DNA of 64,000 nucleotides from Mobula hypostoma (lineage: Eukaryota), in assembly GCF_963921235.1 (NCBI RefSeq), contig NC_086118.1, positions 16,246,001-16,310,000 on the forward strand, given 5' to 3'. Shown piece after piece: positions 39,991-54,300 of this stretch. Positions within the stretch are counted from its first letter, which is position 1; every line of letters starts with the position of its first letter. The notes below the pieces were generated by a model that made no database searches, had not been told where the DNA came from, and was given only the letters and a program-made list of their open reading frames with translations. Both the position numbers and the translations under genes were made by a program.

Positions 39991-42269
39991 TATAAGTGCT
40001 TGGTCATTCTATTATGAAAACAAACACAAGTAATCACTAAGATGGATGAAGTACAAAGTATCATAGGAAACAATAGTTTATTCAACTGGAGGAGACTGTG
40101 ATGTTTTCCTATAGAAGCTAAAAGACAATACAAGTTCCATATGGTATCACTTATCTCCACAGTTCAATGGGATTTTGGGAAGTGCCAGCCCTTTGTACAT
40201 CCATTAGCACTATCTGGCTTGCCAACATAGATCACTCACGCCTTTCTTTTCTGCCAACACTGAAAACACTGCAGGATTATTCTGCACGATGTGGATATGA
40301 ACAGTTACTTCCTAAGTGCCACTGTCTGCTTAAACCCTGCACTTTACACCCTTCCATGAATAAATAAAAGGGCAAAATCTCAAAAGCTTTAAGGGTTTTG
40401 AGCAAACTTCAGCGTTCACCCACTATAGATTTTGTAGCTGGTCAATTACCTTAAGCTTAATCATGTTGTCTCTATTCTACTTCCCAGAACCCTAACATGA
40501 TAATCAAGGGAACTCTGCAATTTTCTTACATTTGGGAATTATGCACAATTATCAGGTGGAAAGTGAAATTTAATTTCTAGCCCCTAAAACTAATTACAGT
40601 TGTCTTCCAGCAGCAGACCATTACTTAACAATCAGGAAAAGCTAATTCTAGCAATGAAATTGTATTATTCAAGATCACATTAAAGATGTGCGTAGCTCAG
40701 TAATTAACTTTTATAAATATTAAACATACAAAACTGATTACCACTGCATATTAAGAAATTGAATTATAGGAGTTGTAACTATGTCATGACACAGGTGAAA
40801 CAGTTGTTTTAATTACTACCGCTTTACTAGAGTTTAAGACAAAAATATTCCAAACTATAAAAATAAATGTGGAAAGGAAAAGAACCATTCAGAAAATTAA
40901 TTGTTGCCCATATCTCCAACAGAACATTGTTTTCCGATTCTAGGTTTGGATTGCAGGTGTTTATACATTTAAAAACCAACACCACTAAAGGATTTACACA
41001 AACAAAAATAATGAATTTATAAATGCTAGACTGCTGAGAGAGAACATTGTTCAAAGCAAATTATAAAAGTGGGACTTGGTACAAGATATAAAGAAGGCAT
41101 ATGGATATGCTAGAACAAAGAAAAAATGTAGGTCAGTCAGGAGAGCATCAAAACAGCCAAGACTCAACATAAAAAATACAAGGATCAGCACTTCTGGTGC
41201 AGAGGTGCCAAGGCCTGGATGGAAGCCAGTAACAAAATAGATAAAAGTATTATAACCAACTCAGAACTGAATTCAATGGTGAGTAATTATGACAATGAAA
41301 GGAGGACTGAAATCACTAGTGAGGAGAGTAGCATTTATAGCAGATACTGAAGACAAAAAAATCAGTCATCTAAGAGTTCAAGTGAATGAAAGCAGATAAA
41401 ACTGAATTTAGAAAAGCAGAAGCATTTGAGAAATTGAAACATGCCCAAGTACAATTTAACAATGCCAGCCTGAATGTGGAAGTTAACTACACAAGATAAA
41501 ATCAAGTATGAGGAAAAGAGGATCAAAGATAGATTTCTAGGGCATGCTGAAAGTAAGATCAGTGAGAAGCTTGAGTTACAACCTAGAAAATTAAGACCCG
41601 ACTTTCCTTCTGACCAGCTCAATGCAGCTAGAGCTGCCAAAGGAGACGGCACTGAAGGCTAAACTTAGGTTGAGATAAAGGCCCAAAAGGATTTCAAGAA
41701 AAAGATTAATAAAATTGAAGGACTGGGTGGCAAATAAGTCATCAAGAGGTTAGTATGTGAATAACATTTGATACAAGACTGGATAAAAGCATCGAATTTT
41801 AAATGTGAAGTTTACAGAATAAGTAGAGATAGCAGGACAACAGTCTGGAAATGGACGAGACCAAAAAATATGGCAAAAGAGTTGGATTGCGGAATAGCCA
41901 CAGAAATCATGAAACTTTTTGGAAGTACAATTTCAGTATCAAGTCAGATGAAGAATCTTGTGTGCAACTGAAATAACTAGTTCCAGGAAAAGTGAAAGCT
42001 AATTCACAAACAGCCAAATTACGAGACTGAAATGGAGGAAGGTCAGAAACTGGACACCTCTTGTACAGCTTTGAGAGCAAGAATTTGGAAAGTGAGGATA
42101 ATGATACACAAGTGGCCACTTATGATGTCATTTATCGCAAGGACCAGAAGAAAACAGACACAAAGGATTGAAGCCCCTGCAAAAAGGCAACCAACCTGAA
42201 GACGTGCCTTCAATGCACAAAAGGAATAACCACTGTTGGAGCCTTGGTTTAGTTTGCATGTGAGAAACC

Positions 42270-43380
42270 CAATGTCAAAGTAAATTTATTATCAATGTAT
42301 ACATCATCATATACTACCTTGAGAAACATTTACAGGAAAATATGAAATACAATAGAATTTATGAAAACCAGTAAAGAACTGGCAAACAGCTAATGTGCAA
42401 AAGAACAATTGTGAGTCCTGGAAAGTGAGTCCCTAAGTGGTGGAATCAATTCAGAGTTGCGAAGAGTGAAGCTATTCACATCGGTTCAGAAGCCTGATGG
42501 TTGTAGGGTAATAGCTGATCCTAAACCTGGTGGTTGGAAACATAAAACTCTTGTACCTCCTCCTTGATAGCAGTCGTGAGAAGAGAGCATGGCCTGGATG
42601 GTGGGGATCTTTGATCACCGATGTTACAGTCTTGTTGCAGCACTCCTTGTGAATGTGCTCATTGGTGGGGAGAGTGTTGCCTGTGATGAACTGGCTAGAT
42701 CCATGACTTTCTGTAAACTATTTTGTTCTTGGGTACTAGTGTTTCCATGCCAGGCCATGATGCAACCAGTTAGGCTACTGTAAGATACTCTCCACTGTGC
42801 ATCTATAAAAGTTTGCCAAAGTTTTGGCAAGTCAATGCAGACTTTGAAGAGAAATGCTGTCGCACCTTCTTTACGATTCTTCACTCCTACTTGCATTCTG
42901 CTCCCTGGACAGATCTTCTAATACCAAGGATTTAAGGTCACTGACCCTCTCCATCTTCAGACCCCCAATAAGGACTGGTTCATGAACTTCTATCTGCTGC
43001 TGCCTGTAATAAACAGTTCTTTGATTTGCTAAGGTTGGTTGAGAGGTTGCTGTTGTGGCACCAAACACATTGTCAATCGCTCTCCAATATGCTGATTCGT
43101 CACCAGCTTTAATTCAGCCAACAACAGTGGTATTATCAGCAAAAGGCATATTGCTTAGTTTTCCTTTGAGGGAAATAATGGCATTCAAGCCCTCCTACAG
43201 CTGCTGAGCATCCTTCTGTGATTCAAGTTAGTCCGGAATCACCATCTCGCATATACCTGGGCCTCTTGTACTTTAATGGGTCACCAGCCCTGAATGCTTC
43301 CAATCATATCCTCAGCAGATTAAGAATCTTTTGGTTCATCCAGCGCTTCTGTTTGGGGAAGACAATCATTCTGTAGGGAC
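42270..43380 (-). mobile_element. Decayed Rex1/Babar-type LINE fragments
   Basis: LTGCIMAWHGN...LQKVMDLA remnants; same 3' tail type (aaagtaaatttattatca on +) as the other copies. Confidence 0.7.
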
Positions 43381-43384
43381 ATGC

Positions 43385-44508
43385 AAAGAAGATGTCCTCC
43401 TTTTTTAAAGAAATGGGCTTCCCTTCCTCCATCAACTCTGCTCTCACCCCATCCTCCTGCCACACCACCAGGAATAGGGTTCTCCTTGTCCTCACCTACC
43501 ACCCCACCAGCCTCCAGGTCCAACATATAATTCTCTAACTTCTGCCACCTCCAACGGGATCCCACCACCAAGCACATCTTTCCCTCCCCCCTTCATCCCG
43601 CTTTCCACAGGGATCGCTCCCTACGCAACTCCCTTGTCCATTCATGCCCCCCATCCCTTCCCACCAATCTCCCTCCTGGCACTTATCCTTGCAAGTGGAA
43701 CAAGGATGCCCTTACACTTCCGCCCTCACCACCATTCAGGGCCCCAGACAGTCCTTCCAGGTGAGGCGACACTTCACCTGTGAGTCAGGTGGGGTGATAT
43801 ACTGTGTCCGGTGCTCCCGATGTGGCCTTCTACATATTGGTGAGACCCGACGCAGGCTGGGAGACCACTTCGCTGAACACCTACGCTGTTCACCAGAGAA
43901 AGCAGGATCTCCCAGTGGCCACACATTTTAATTCCATGTCCCATTCCCATTCTGATATGTCTATCCACAGCCTCCTCTACTGTCAAGATGAAGCCACGCT
44001 CAGGTTGGAGGAACAACACCTTATATTCCGTCTGGGTAGCCTCCAACCTGATGGCATGAACAATGACTTCTCTAACTTCCGTTAATGCCCCACCTCCCCT
44101 TCATACCACATCAGTTATTTATTTATTTATTATTATTTTTTCTTTTTCTCTCTCTTTCTCCCCCTATCCCTCTCACTATACTCCTTGCCCATGCGCTGGG
44201 CTTCCCCCCTTCCCCTTTCTTTCTCCCTAGGCCTCCCATCCCATGATCCTCTCGTATCCCTTTTGCCAATCAACTTTCCAGCTCTTAGCTCCATCCCTCC
44301 CCCTCATGTCTTCTCCTATCATTTCGGATCTCCTTCTCCCCCTTGCAAATCTCTTACTATCTCTTCTTTCAGTTAGTCCTGACAAAGGGTTTCGGCCCGA
44401 AACATCGACTACACCTCTTCCTAGAGATGCTGCCTGGCCTGCTGCATTCACCAGCAATTTTTATGTGTTGCTTGAAATTCCAGCATCTGCAGATTTCCTC
44501 GTATTTGC
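43385..44508 (+). mobile_element. Penelope-like element 3' part (GIY-YIG endonuclease + pLTR)
   Basis: FQVRRHFTCESGGVIYCVRCSRCGLLHIGETRRRLGDHFAEH and VATHFN...EEQHLIFRLGSLQPDGMN; pLTR with hammerhead-like motif at 44374-44411. Confidence 0.9.
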
Positions 44509-45729
44509 GTACTCATCCACCAGTGTCTTTATAAAGTCTGTGATAACTGTGGCATATTCATTCAAGTACTCTGAAACTGTTCAATAAATGGGTTCAATAC
44601 ATAGCAAGGACATATGTGCATTGCAGGTTAGAGAGGAAGATGAAGGAATGTAGCTTTTTCGAGTTCAAACAGGGTACAAGTGTCATGGAAGTTAGCTTAT
44701 TGCAGCAAAGGCACAACACATTACATAGCTGAGAGAGATTTAAGCAAACTAGGAAATACAGGAGTAACTGTCCATATCAGCAATCTTCAAAGTAATTCAT
44801 GAGTATTGACCAGCTTTGAAAGAGTAAAGCATGTTTGATGCAGGCCAGCTTGTCTGATAACTAATGTTCAACCAGTCACATTCAAAGCAGCAAAAGTAGA
44901 GGCCATACCAAGGCAAGGTATTGTTTGGAAGGACAAAGACAAAAATAAAAGGCAAGAGGTTTGTCAACAATCAAAAGCATTGTAGCATTAAGAATTTGGA
45001 ATGGAAATGGCAAAAGACAATAAAAAAGGTAAAATATTGCAAATAAGTATTTGTTTGTGTCATTCCAGATTAAACAATAGTTATATGCAAGTGAATAACA
45101 ATGAATCTTTCTAATATAGCATTGTTCACATTGTCTGAATATTATTGGAAAAAAACATTTGCAAAGGAGAGCTGGAGGAAAGTGGGTGTTCCCTGACTTG
45201 AACTACATGTCTGAAATACCAAACAGCCAAATTCCAGAAATAAGGTGAGTGTAACTGCCTTTGATATTATAGTGTGCAAATTGTGGCATCATAGGGAACA
45301 GGTAAAACAGAACACAAAAGAAACACAACAGGGAAACACTGCAGTAAGAGTTTGTGAAAACTAATGTGTGGCGGATCACCAATCTCAGCCCAGAGTACTG
45401 CTGGCAATCATCAGGGCAATTCATGGGCCCAGCTACTTCAGTAACCTTCCTTCCATTAGATCAAAATTGGAATGACTCCTAATATTTACAATGCTCAATT
45501 CCATTTGCAACGCCTCAGGAAATGAAACAACTTAGTACAGCAAGATATCAATGAAGTATGGGATTAAGATACACACTCTAAATGCCAAGCATTGCACATA
45601 TCCTAAAGTAAAGCAAGTCTCATTATCTGCCCAACTGCACCCTGTGATCAACCCTGGGCTAGCCAGACAAATACAGCAGCCACTGAATAAAGCAGAGTCT
45701 AGGTTATAAAGGACAAGATAATTTAGGAA

Positions 45730-46550
45730 TCTGATGGCACCGATGACATAGGAAGGAAAAGCAAAGAGGTCCTGAAGAGAGAATTTAGAGAGCTAGACAG
45801 AAAGCTGAGAAGCAGGACATCCAGGGTAGTAATTTCTGGATTGCTACCTGTGCCACACGCCAGTGAGGGCAAAAACAGGATGATTTGGCAGATTAGTGCA
45901 TGGCTGAGAAGCTGGAGCAGGGCTTCAGGTCCTTGGATCATTGGGATCTCTTCTGGGGGAGGTATGACCTGTACTGAAGTGACAGGTTGCACCTGAACCC
46001 AAGGGGGACCAATATTTTCACGGGCAGGTTTGTTAGAGCTGTGGGGGAGGGTTTAAACTAATTTGGCGGGGGGGTGGTTAGGAATGGGAATGAAGGAATT
46101 CAGGATAGGACGGATGGTAAAAAAGCAAAGATAGCAGTCAGACTGTCAGGAAGGGCAGGAAGATGATAGAACAAAATTGCAGCCAGTAAGGTGAGTATCA
46201 ATACATCAGGGATGCAAAATCAAAAAGGGTAGCAAAACCCATACTCAGTGCTATATCTCAGTACATGGAGTATAAGAAAAAAAGTGGATGATCTTGTTGC
46301 ACTATTACAGATTGTCAAGTATGATGTCGTGGCCATCACTGAATCATGAAGGATGGTTGTAGTCGAGAGTTGAACATCCAAGTTATACGTTGTATCGGAG
46401 GGATAGGAAGGTAGGCAGAGGGAGTGGTGTAGCTCTACTGGTAAAAGGTGGCAACAAATCAGTGGAAAGATTTTACGTAGAACTGGAAGAAGTTGAATCC
46501 TTGTGAACTGAGTTAATAAACTGCAAGGGTAAAAAGGCCCTATGGAAAAA
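45730..46550 (+). mobile_element. CR1 fragment: ORF1 C-terminus and start of ORF2
   Basis: RKLRSRTSRVVISGLLPVPHAS (esterase-like ORF1) and KYDVVAITES (APE start). Confidence 0.75.
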
Positions 46551-46694
46551 AACAAAAATTTACCCCTTGAAAATGAAGGGACAGCAGTATCCATTTGTCA
46601 GAATTGTCTGCCACTTTGGTACAGTGACATTTCCATCAACTTTTACTTGGCTCTTCCTGGATTGTGGAGATTGCAAGTTCAATGATGCTACTGA

Positions 46695-47010
46695 GAAAAC
46701 CTTGAGTTGCTGTAAAGGAGGCCATAGATTAACATATTGGAATGGGAATGGGACATGGAATTAATATGTGTGAACATATCGGAATGAGAATTTCTTCCTT
46801 GGCCTTCTGTCCCATGATACTCTCCCTTCTCCAGCCTTGTATCCCTTTTGCCAATCAACTTCCCAGCTCTTGGCTTCATCCCTCCCCCTCTTGTCTTCTC
46901 CTACCATTTTGGGTCTCCCCCTCCCCCTTTCAAATCTCTATCATCTCTGTTTGCTGTCAGTCCTGACGAAGGGTCTAGAGCCGAAACGTTGACTGTACTT
47001 CTTCCTATAT
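46695..47010. mobile_element. Tail-to-tail Penelope fragment: minus-strand GIY-YIG end (~46695-46790) fused to a plus-strand pLTR
   Basis: Minus-strand NSMSHSHSNMLIYGLLY matches the ORF at 43804-44085; plus-strand part matches the pLTR at ~44230-44420. Confidence 0.75.
46958..46995 (+). ncRNA. Minimal type I hammerhead ribozyme motif (pLTR-associated)
   Basis: CAGTC-CTGACGA-AGG-GTCTAGAG-CC-GAAA-C-GTT-GACTG: 5 bp stem I (CAGTC/GACTG), intact core, GUU triplet, weakened stem II. Confidence 0.6.
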
Positions 47011-47473
47011 ATTTTGTTTATGGTATCAGATGCACAGGCTGCTTTATCAAATGGGTTGCATTGTTTTTAGATGGTTTAAAATTCTGCAACTGCTTGCATC
47101 TAAGCAAATGAAATATACTCTATCATCTTCTTGCCTTGTTGATAGTGGGTAGACTTGGTGATTTCTTCTGTGATCCATTGTGCAGGATATTCAGTCTCTG
47201 TCCTGATCCATGATCAGGAAAGCTTATGCAGCTTGCTCAGTTAAAATGCTTGGTCAAAGATTTTAAGTTATCTGCAATTTGACCATAGCTAATTTGTTGA
47301 TGTTAGTGCTGCAGATATCTTCGGAAGTGGTTGTAAATGGTCAATGGCTATTTGTGTCCTGCAAGAAGATACTTTCACTTACCGAGGTATGTATATTATG
47401 GGCTCACTACATGTTGCATGAAATAGCTAAAATACCTTACAAATGTGGGAGAATGGGAAACTCCAATTCAGGT

Positions 47474-49793
47474 CCAGACAAGAGGAGAGGCCATACTGGA
47501 TATAGTTCTGGGTAATGAACCTGGTCAGGTGGCAGAACTCTTGGTGGGAGAGCATTTTGGTGAGAGTGTCCACAACTCCCTTAGCTTCAACATAGCTATG
47601 GAAAAGGATAAAAAAAAACAGACAAAATGGGAAAGTGCTTAACTGGGGAAGGGCTAACTATGAAGGGATGAGGCAGGAACTAGTGAGTAAATTGGAAACA
47701 GATGTTCAAGGGTGAAAGCACAGAAGTAAGGTGGAGGAAGTTTAGGGACCACTTGTGCTGGGTTCAGGATAGGTTTGTCCCACTGAGACAAGGAAAAAAT
47801 GGTAGGAAAAGGGAACCATGGCTGACGAAACACGTGAGGCAACTCGTCAAGAGGAAGAAGGAAGCTTATGTTAGATATAGGAAGCAGGAGGGGCTCATGA
47901 GAAATATAGGGTAGCCAGGAAGGAGCTTAAGAAAGGACTTAGAAGAGCTCAAAGGCGGTATGAGAAGGCCTAGGCATGTAGGATTAAGGAGAACACCAAG
48001 GCGTTCTATGCGTATGTGAAGAACAGAAGGATGACAAGAATGAAGGCTAAAGGATAAAGAAGGCAACATGTGCCTGGAGGCGAAGGAGGTTGGGGAGGTC
48101 CTAAATGAATACTTTGCTTCAGTATTCACAAGAGAAAAGGACCTTGATCAGGGTGAGGTCGAAATAGAACAGGCCTGTGTGCTGGACAATGTGGAAATTA
48201 AGGAAGAAGTAGCGTTGGATCTTCTTAAAAACATCAAGATTGATAAGTCTCCAGGGCCAGACCTGATATACCCCAGGTTGCTGTGGGAAGCGAGAGAAGA
48301 GATCGCTGGAGCAGTAACTATGATCTTTGAATCCTCTTTGGCTGCAGGGGAGGTGCCAGAGGATTGGAGAATGGCAAATGTAGTTCCATTGTTTAAAAAA
48401 GGTAATAGGGAGAATCCTGGGAACTATAGACCGGTGAGTCTTACGTCGGTGGTCTGCAAACTATTGGAAAGGATTCTTAAGAATAGGACCTACGAGCACT
48501 TGGAGTAGTCGTCTACTCAAGGATAATCGACATGCTTTTGTGAAGGGAAGGTCTTGCCTCACAAGTCTGAGTTTTTTTGAAGAGGTAACAAAAGAAGTTG
48601 ATGAGGGTAGGGGGATAGATGTTGTCTACATGGATTTTAGCAAGGCATTTGACAAGGTCCTCCACGAGAGACTCATCCAGAAAGTCATGAGGCATGGGAT
48701 CAGTGGAACTTTGGCTGTTTGGATAAAAAAAATTGGCTTAAAGAAAGAAAGCAGAGGGTAGTAGTGGAAGGAAAGTATTCTGCCTGGAGGCCAGTGACTA
48801 GTGGAGTGCCGCAAGGATCTGTCCTGGGACCCCTACTCTTTGTGATTTTTATGAATGACCTGGGTGAAGAGGCGAAAGGATGGATGAGTTAGTCTGCAGA
48901 TGATACAAAGAATGGAGAAGTTGTGGATGGAGCTGTAGGTCGAAGGTTACAAGAGGATATAGACAGGATGCAGAGTTGGGCAGAGAAGTGACAGATGGAG
49001 TTCAATCCGGTTAAGTGTGAGGTGATGCATTTTGGAAGGACAAACCAGAAGGCTGAGTACAAGGTTAATGGTCGGTTACTTAAGACTGTGGATGAACAGA
49101 GGGACCTTGGTGTTCAAATCCATACATCCCTCAAGGTCGCTGCACAGGTTGATAGGATAGTTAAGGCGGCCTATGGGATGCAAGGCTTCATTAATAGGGG
49201 GATTGAGCTCAAGAGTAGAGAGGTCATATTGCAACTCTACAAATCTCTGGCAAGACCACACTTAAGAGTATTGTGTTCAGTTCTGGTCACCTCATTATAG
49301 GAAGGATGTGGAAGCTATTGAGAGGGTGCAAAGGAGATTTACCAGGATGTTACCTGGATTGGAAAACAAGCCTTATGAGGCAAGGTTAGCAGAGCTGGGA
49401 CTTTTCTCTTTGGAGCGTAGAAGGATGAGAGGACAAGATTATGAGAGGCATAGATAGGGTGGATAGCCAGTACCTGTTTCCCAGGGCACAAATAGCAAAC
49501 ACCAGAGGGCATATGTACAAAGTTAAGGGAGGGAAGTTTAGCAGAGACATCAGGGGTAAGTTTTTTTTTACACAGAGGGTTGTGGGTGCCTGGAATAACT
49601 TGCCAGGGATGGTGCTGGAGGCTAAAACATTAGGGGTATTTAAGAGCCTCTTGGACAGGCACATGGATGAAAGAAAAATAGACAGAAACGGAGTAGTGTG
49701 GGTTTAGTTCCTTTTTTTTTTAAGGCATACATGGATCGGCACAACATTGAGGGCTGAAAGGCTTGTACTGTGCTGTAGTATTCTAGTGTCTAG
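47474..49793 (+). mobile_element. 5'-truncated CR1 LINE with disrupted ORF2
   Basis: [57 protein letters not shown]. Confidence 0.93.
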
Positions 49794-50524
49794 TTTCACG
49801 TTCATTGTTGCAATACCTGTATTAGTTCATCCAATGACACTTCCATGATGAACCTATGCAGTGACATCTTTGGAAGATAAGTTATTTTTACTCTCAGTAT
49901 ACGACAAGTTACTGAAGAATAATTTGATCAATTCCTACTAACTTCTTTTATTGGAGATTCTCAAAACCACATTTTGCCAAAAGCCTGAAGCTCAGTTAAG
50001 ATTCTGTGCATCACCAGATTCCCACAATAAGCTGTTCTTCAAATCAACCTTGCACAGTGTGGAATTGAAATATTCAATCTCAAAAGTGGACTCAGTTTAC
50101 AAGTCTACAAGTTACTTTGCTAAATTATTGGATTGCTCAGGAGAACTCAAGAAGAGGAGAAGCTGTACTGCTCATAGAGATGTTCAAGTCTTTTCTTCCC
50201 ATTTTCATAGTGTAACAACCCAGATTTATGAAGATAACTTTTGTTGCTCTACAAGATGTTCGTTTTCAAGAAAGCTCATGTCTTGACTTTTTTTTGGGGA
50301 GATGGCATCACTAAGAGCACTGACAACATGCCAAAAGGAGCATTATGTTACACACCAAGCTGGTAATTGCCAAATTCAGTACATGCAGGTGTGGCTCCTG
50401 CATCCCCAGGCATGAACATTAACTTACATGAAAGACAGTCACACATCTTCCAACAGAGCCCCAGTTAGCAGCTTCAAAAGCAAACCAACTAGTCAATTAC
50501 TTATTTACCAAGATGGGAAAAAAA

Positions 50525-51245
50525 AAGAGATGGCACATTCTCAAATCTGGAGTAACAAACAAAATGCTGAATGAACTCAGCAGTTCAAGTAACATCTGTG
50601 GAGATAAAGAGACAATTGATGTTTTGGGTCAAGACCCTTCATCTGAACTGAGAGATAGAGGGGAGATAGCCAGTATGAAGGGGTGGACAGAGGGGTGAAG
50701 CAAAAGCTGGCAAGTCATAGGTGGACCCAGGAAAGTAATAGGCAGGTGAAGCACAATACTGGAAATGTCAAGACAGGCTAGGAGGTGATAAGAGAAGGAG
50801 AAAAGGTGCTGCAGATGATGGAATCTGATAGACATGGGACCAAATAAGGAAGATGGGATTAGAATTGGTTTATTTCACATATACTAAGATAATGAAAAGC
50901 TTTGTTGCATACAGTTCATACAGATAAAATCATTACACAGTGCAATGTAGTAGTACAAGATAAAACAAAAACAATGCAGAATAAAGTGTAACAGCTACAG
51001 AGAAAGTGAAGGCAAACAATATAATGAGGGAGGTTGTAAGGTCAGGAGTCATCTTATCGAATTAAGGAACCAGTTAATAGTCTTATGACCACAGGATAAA
51101 AGATTTATGGGACCCAGCAGGACTTTGTGGAAGATAGGCAGATGAAGTATATGAAGGGGAAGGAGGAAAAAGAAACAGGGTGACGGGGGCTAGAATGAAT
51201 GTAAAAGAATGTGGGGGGGGGGGAACCTGAAATTGGAGAAGTCTT
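50525..51245 (-). mobile_element. Degenerate pLTR with an internal LINE 3'-tail fragment (~50860-51110)
   Basis: aaatgctgaatgaactcagcag...gggtcaagacccttcatc followed by a purine-rich pLTR body. Confidence 0.6.
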
Positions 51246-51304
51246 ACAGCCAAACTAGCCTCCACATTATTCTATTTCTGATGGATGCATAATTTACTCA
51301 GTTT

Positions 51305-51371
51305 TGGGAGACAAACATGAGCACTTGTCTTCTGTGGGAGACAAACATGAGCACTTGTCTTCTGTGGGAGA
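51305..51371. repeat. Perfect 30 bp tandem duplication (about 2.2 copies)
   Basis: tgggagacaaacatgagcacttgtcttctg twice, then tgggaga. Confidence 0.95.
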
Positions 51372-54300
51372 ACACCAATACAGCTATCCAATTCCTAACA
51401 GTAACTTCATTGCTCCACCACCTTACATAACCTGATGCCCAGTCTACAGTTTTGTTTTGCTCAGTTTTAACATGCCACAGCTTCACCTTGTGGTTTCAGC
51501 AAGCTGGCATCTCATTTGGATGCACATCTGATGCTGCGCTGACATACATGACACATATTGAAATCTCCCAAGATGTTGACAGAAGATCATCTGAAAATAA
51601 CCTGGCTTGAGCATGATGAAGAACTGAAATAAATACTGGGTTATAAAATTGTTGACTGAGATGAATACAACTCTGCTGATACAGATGGTTGACAATACCC
51701 CATGGATGCCTAATTTAAGCTGAAAGGAGTACAAGAAATAAAATTCATTAGAAACCCCAAAGAGACAACTTTTAAATAATCTTTTTTATCCACCTTAAAG
51801 GTCAGGCAGGGAATCAAATTCAGCATCTCAACTGAAAAGATTCCCATGTAGTGCCAAATTCTTCAAAGCAAAACAGCAATATCACTGCTCAATGAATATG
51901 CTCAAATCTCCCAAGGGGACTAATGCAGACGGTTTTCAAACTTAGATGCAAGATTGTCCACTGAGCTGCAACTGACACCTTGTAGCGTGGTAGTTCCACA
52001 ATATACAATGCCATCTGTTATGTGACTTGGTCTCCACAAGGACACTAGTCACAAGCAGTTGCATCTGTGATGGATAAGACTGGCGAGGACAAGGTCAAAT
52101 AGGTTAAACCATTTAGTGGCAGCTCAATTCAACAATATGGCTTGGTAGGCCATTTCAGAGGCAGCAAAAGAGCAAAGCTAATGTAAGACACTTGTATGCT
52201 AGGCTCACGAATGTCAGGTTTTCTTCTCCAAAACAAAAGGAGTTCAGCTTTAAGACAACCTGGGAACATTCTGCTGAATACACCATACACACAAATAAAA
52301 CTATTAGCTAGATGCTAACAAAAATATTTCCTCCATTAACTGGACTTGAACCAAGGAACCAGTTCCTCTGGACTTGATTGGTCAGTGAGCTCAAAAAACA
52401 TCAGTTGCACTTCCTGGATCTCCATTAATGTTCCCCATCCGATATACAATTCTAAAACCTAAGATGTAGTTGGAGAACCAGAATCCAATCATAAAGCAAA
52501 TAGCTTTTATTCAGATGTGCAAAATTAGAATGAAGGTTCAGTTGGGTTGGAGAACAGCACAAACACAAATGAGTTAAGTCCCTAAAGTTACCATACAAGA
52601 GATTCATACACTCATGAAAATATGTAAGTTTAATAGGTTTGCATATTTTGTTGATATTCAGTACTATGAAAGATTCCGTTCACTTCTTCTACAAATTATA
52701 GCCAAGATCAACCACAGTGAATTCTGTCAAAATTTATTAATCCAGGTTTATACAGTGATACAAAATTAAGTATTACAATACAAAGAAAGAAACTAATAAA
52801 AGTCCTTAACTAAAAACACGTTCAAGGATTACCCTCTGGAAATCAAAAACAGAATTGCAAAATCTTTTAGTTTCATAGGTTCCTACAAATCGATAACTTG
52901 TGGAATAATTTGAAAATGTCTCTACACTGGCTAGTGTTTATAATGCAGCAAAATATAATTTAAAATGGCCATGTCAGTTCATAAATATAGCACCAATATT
53001 AAAAAAGATTTGTTTTCTTTACAAACTTCTATCAAAATACAGTGGTATCTACACGATATTTGTAACATGAGAAAATCCTTAGGTAAATTGTGTTCAGAAA
53101 ATTGTTAATTCTGCCTTTAATTATAAGATTTATAGATTATTTTCAATGGAAGTAAAAGGCTGAGTGCAAAAGGGTAATCTTATAGAGGTTTATAAAATCA
53201 CGAGGGCCATAGATAGAAGACCAGAATCATTATGCTAGGGGACGAGAGTCTAGAATTTGAGGACGATGCATAGATAGGCACAGTCCACGTGGATGACATT
53301 AGCATTTTTCTGTGTTGTATAATTCTATGAAAACACAGTCATGTGTGCAACTGTAAAAAGATCTAAACAAATCCATCACACAGTTGCATGGGTATACATA
53401 CTGTTTTATACCAAACAACTGCTGAGGACTGATAAGTGAAGTAGATGCTTTTGTGATTCAGGGGGTAAACTATGAGCTATTCAAATACACCAAAATGCAG
53501 CAAGACTAGTACAAACTGCAAATGGGCTGAGTGCATGCAAACCACCCCAAGAGCACAGACATCACAGGATTAAAATGGAAGTAAAGCTTCAAAAGTGAAT
53601 CAAACAAATGGTTGGCTGACTTAAAGTTATCTGCAAATCTCTATGTTAATCAAGAAATCTGAGGACAAACTACAACAGCATACCTCTATGGTTCAAGGAT
53701 AGCACAAAATTAAATGTTCTGCCTTGTAACTTACAACTAGGAATTTGCAATACTTAAACCTTCTAGAAATGTTACTTCTTCAATGCATTTACTATGTTGA
53801 CTAATGGTGGCAGCAAGATATAGTTAAAAGGTTAATAAATCAAAATGGATGAAAGAATACAAGTGCTCCTTATTTATGCTATTTTTACCACAGTACTAGG
53901 AAAAATACCAGTCTTATCGGACATTTTACCAGTTATCAAATTATATAACAAGCCTCATGCTGTATACTGTAAGAAATATTAGTTCAAATGAAATTATCTG
54001 ACAACTGTTAGTCTACATATCAAACGAGGACAAAATATTTAATAACTGAGTTATATCTGCCTGCATTATTTTGGATTAATCCAAAATACAATAACTACAA
54101 ATAATGTTAGCTTTAATATAAATGGGCAAGGTGCATTTTCTCTGTAATGGTTATTTCTTTATGACTTATTAAATTGTATCAGTCAGAGAAAATAGAAAAA
54201 GGATCTGAAAAATGAACGAAGTGGATTTTCTAAAAAGGAAATGTAATTTACCCAAGGACCATACTTCAGGGAAACAACGTAACTACAGGAAAATAATAAC

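Noticed and set aside
41120..42230. Purine-rich stretch that might be a decayed retroelement or exon
   Set aside because: No motif could be assigned and frames are short; left unannotated.
44374..44411. Apparent compensatory change in hammerhead stem I (TAGTC/GACTA versus CAGTC/GACTG)
   Set aside because: The 35789 copy has TAGTC/GACTG, so a single chance G-to-A change explains it; not counted as covariation.
51305..51371. 30 bp direct repeats resembling a CRISPR array
   Set aside because: Units are head-to-tail with no spacers, only two copies, eukaryotic context and no cas genes.
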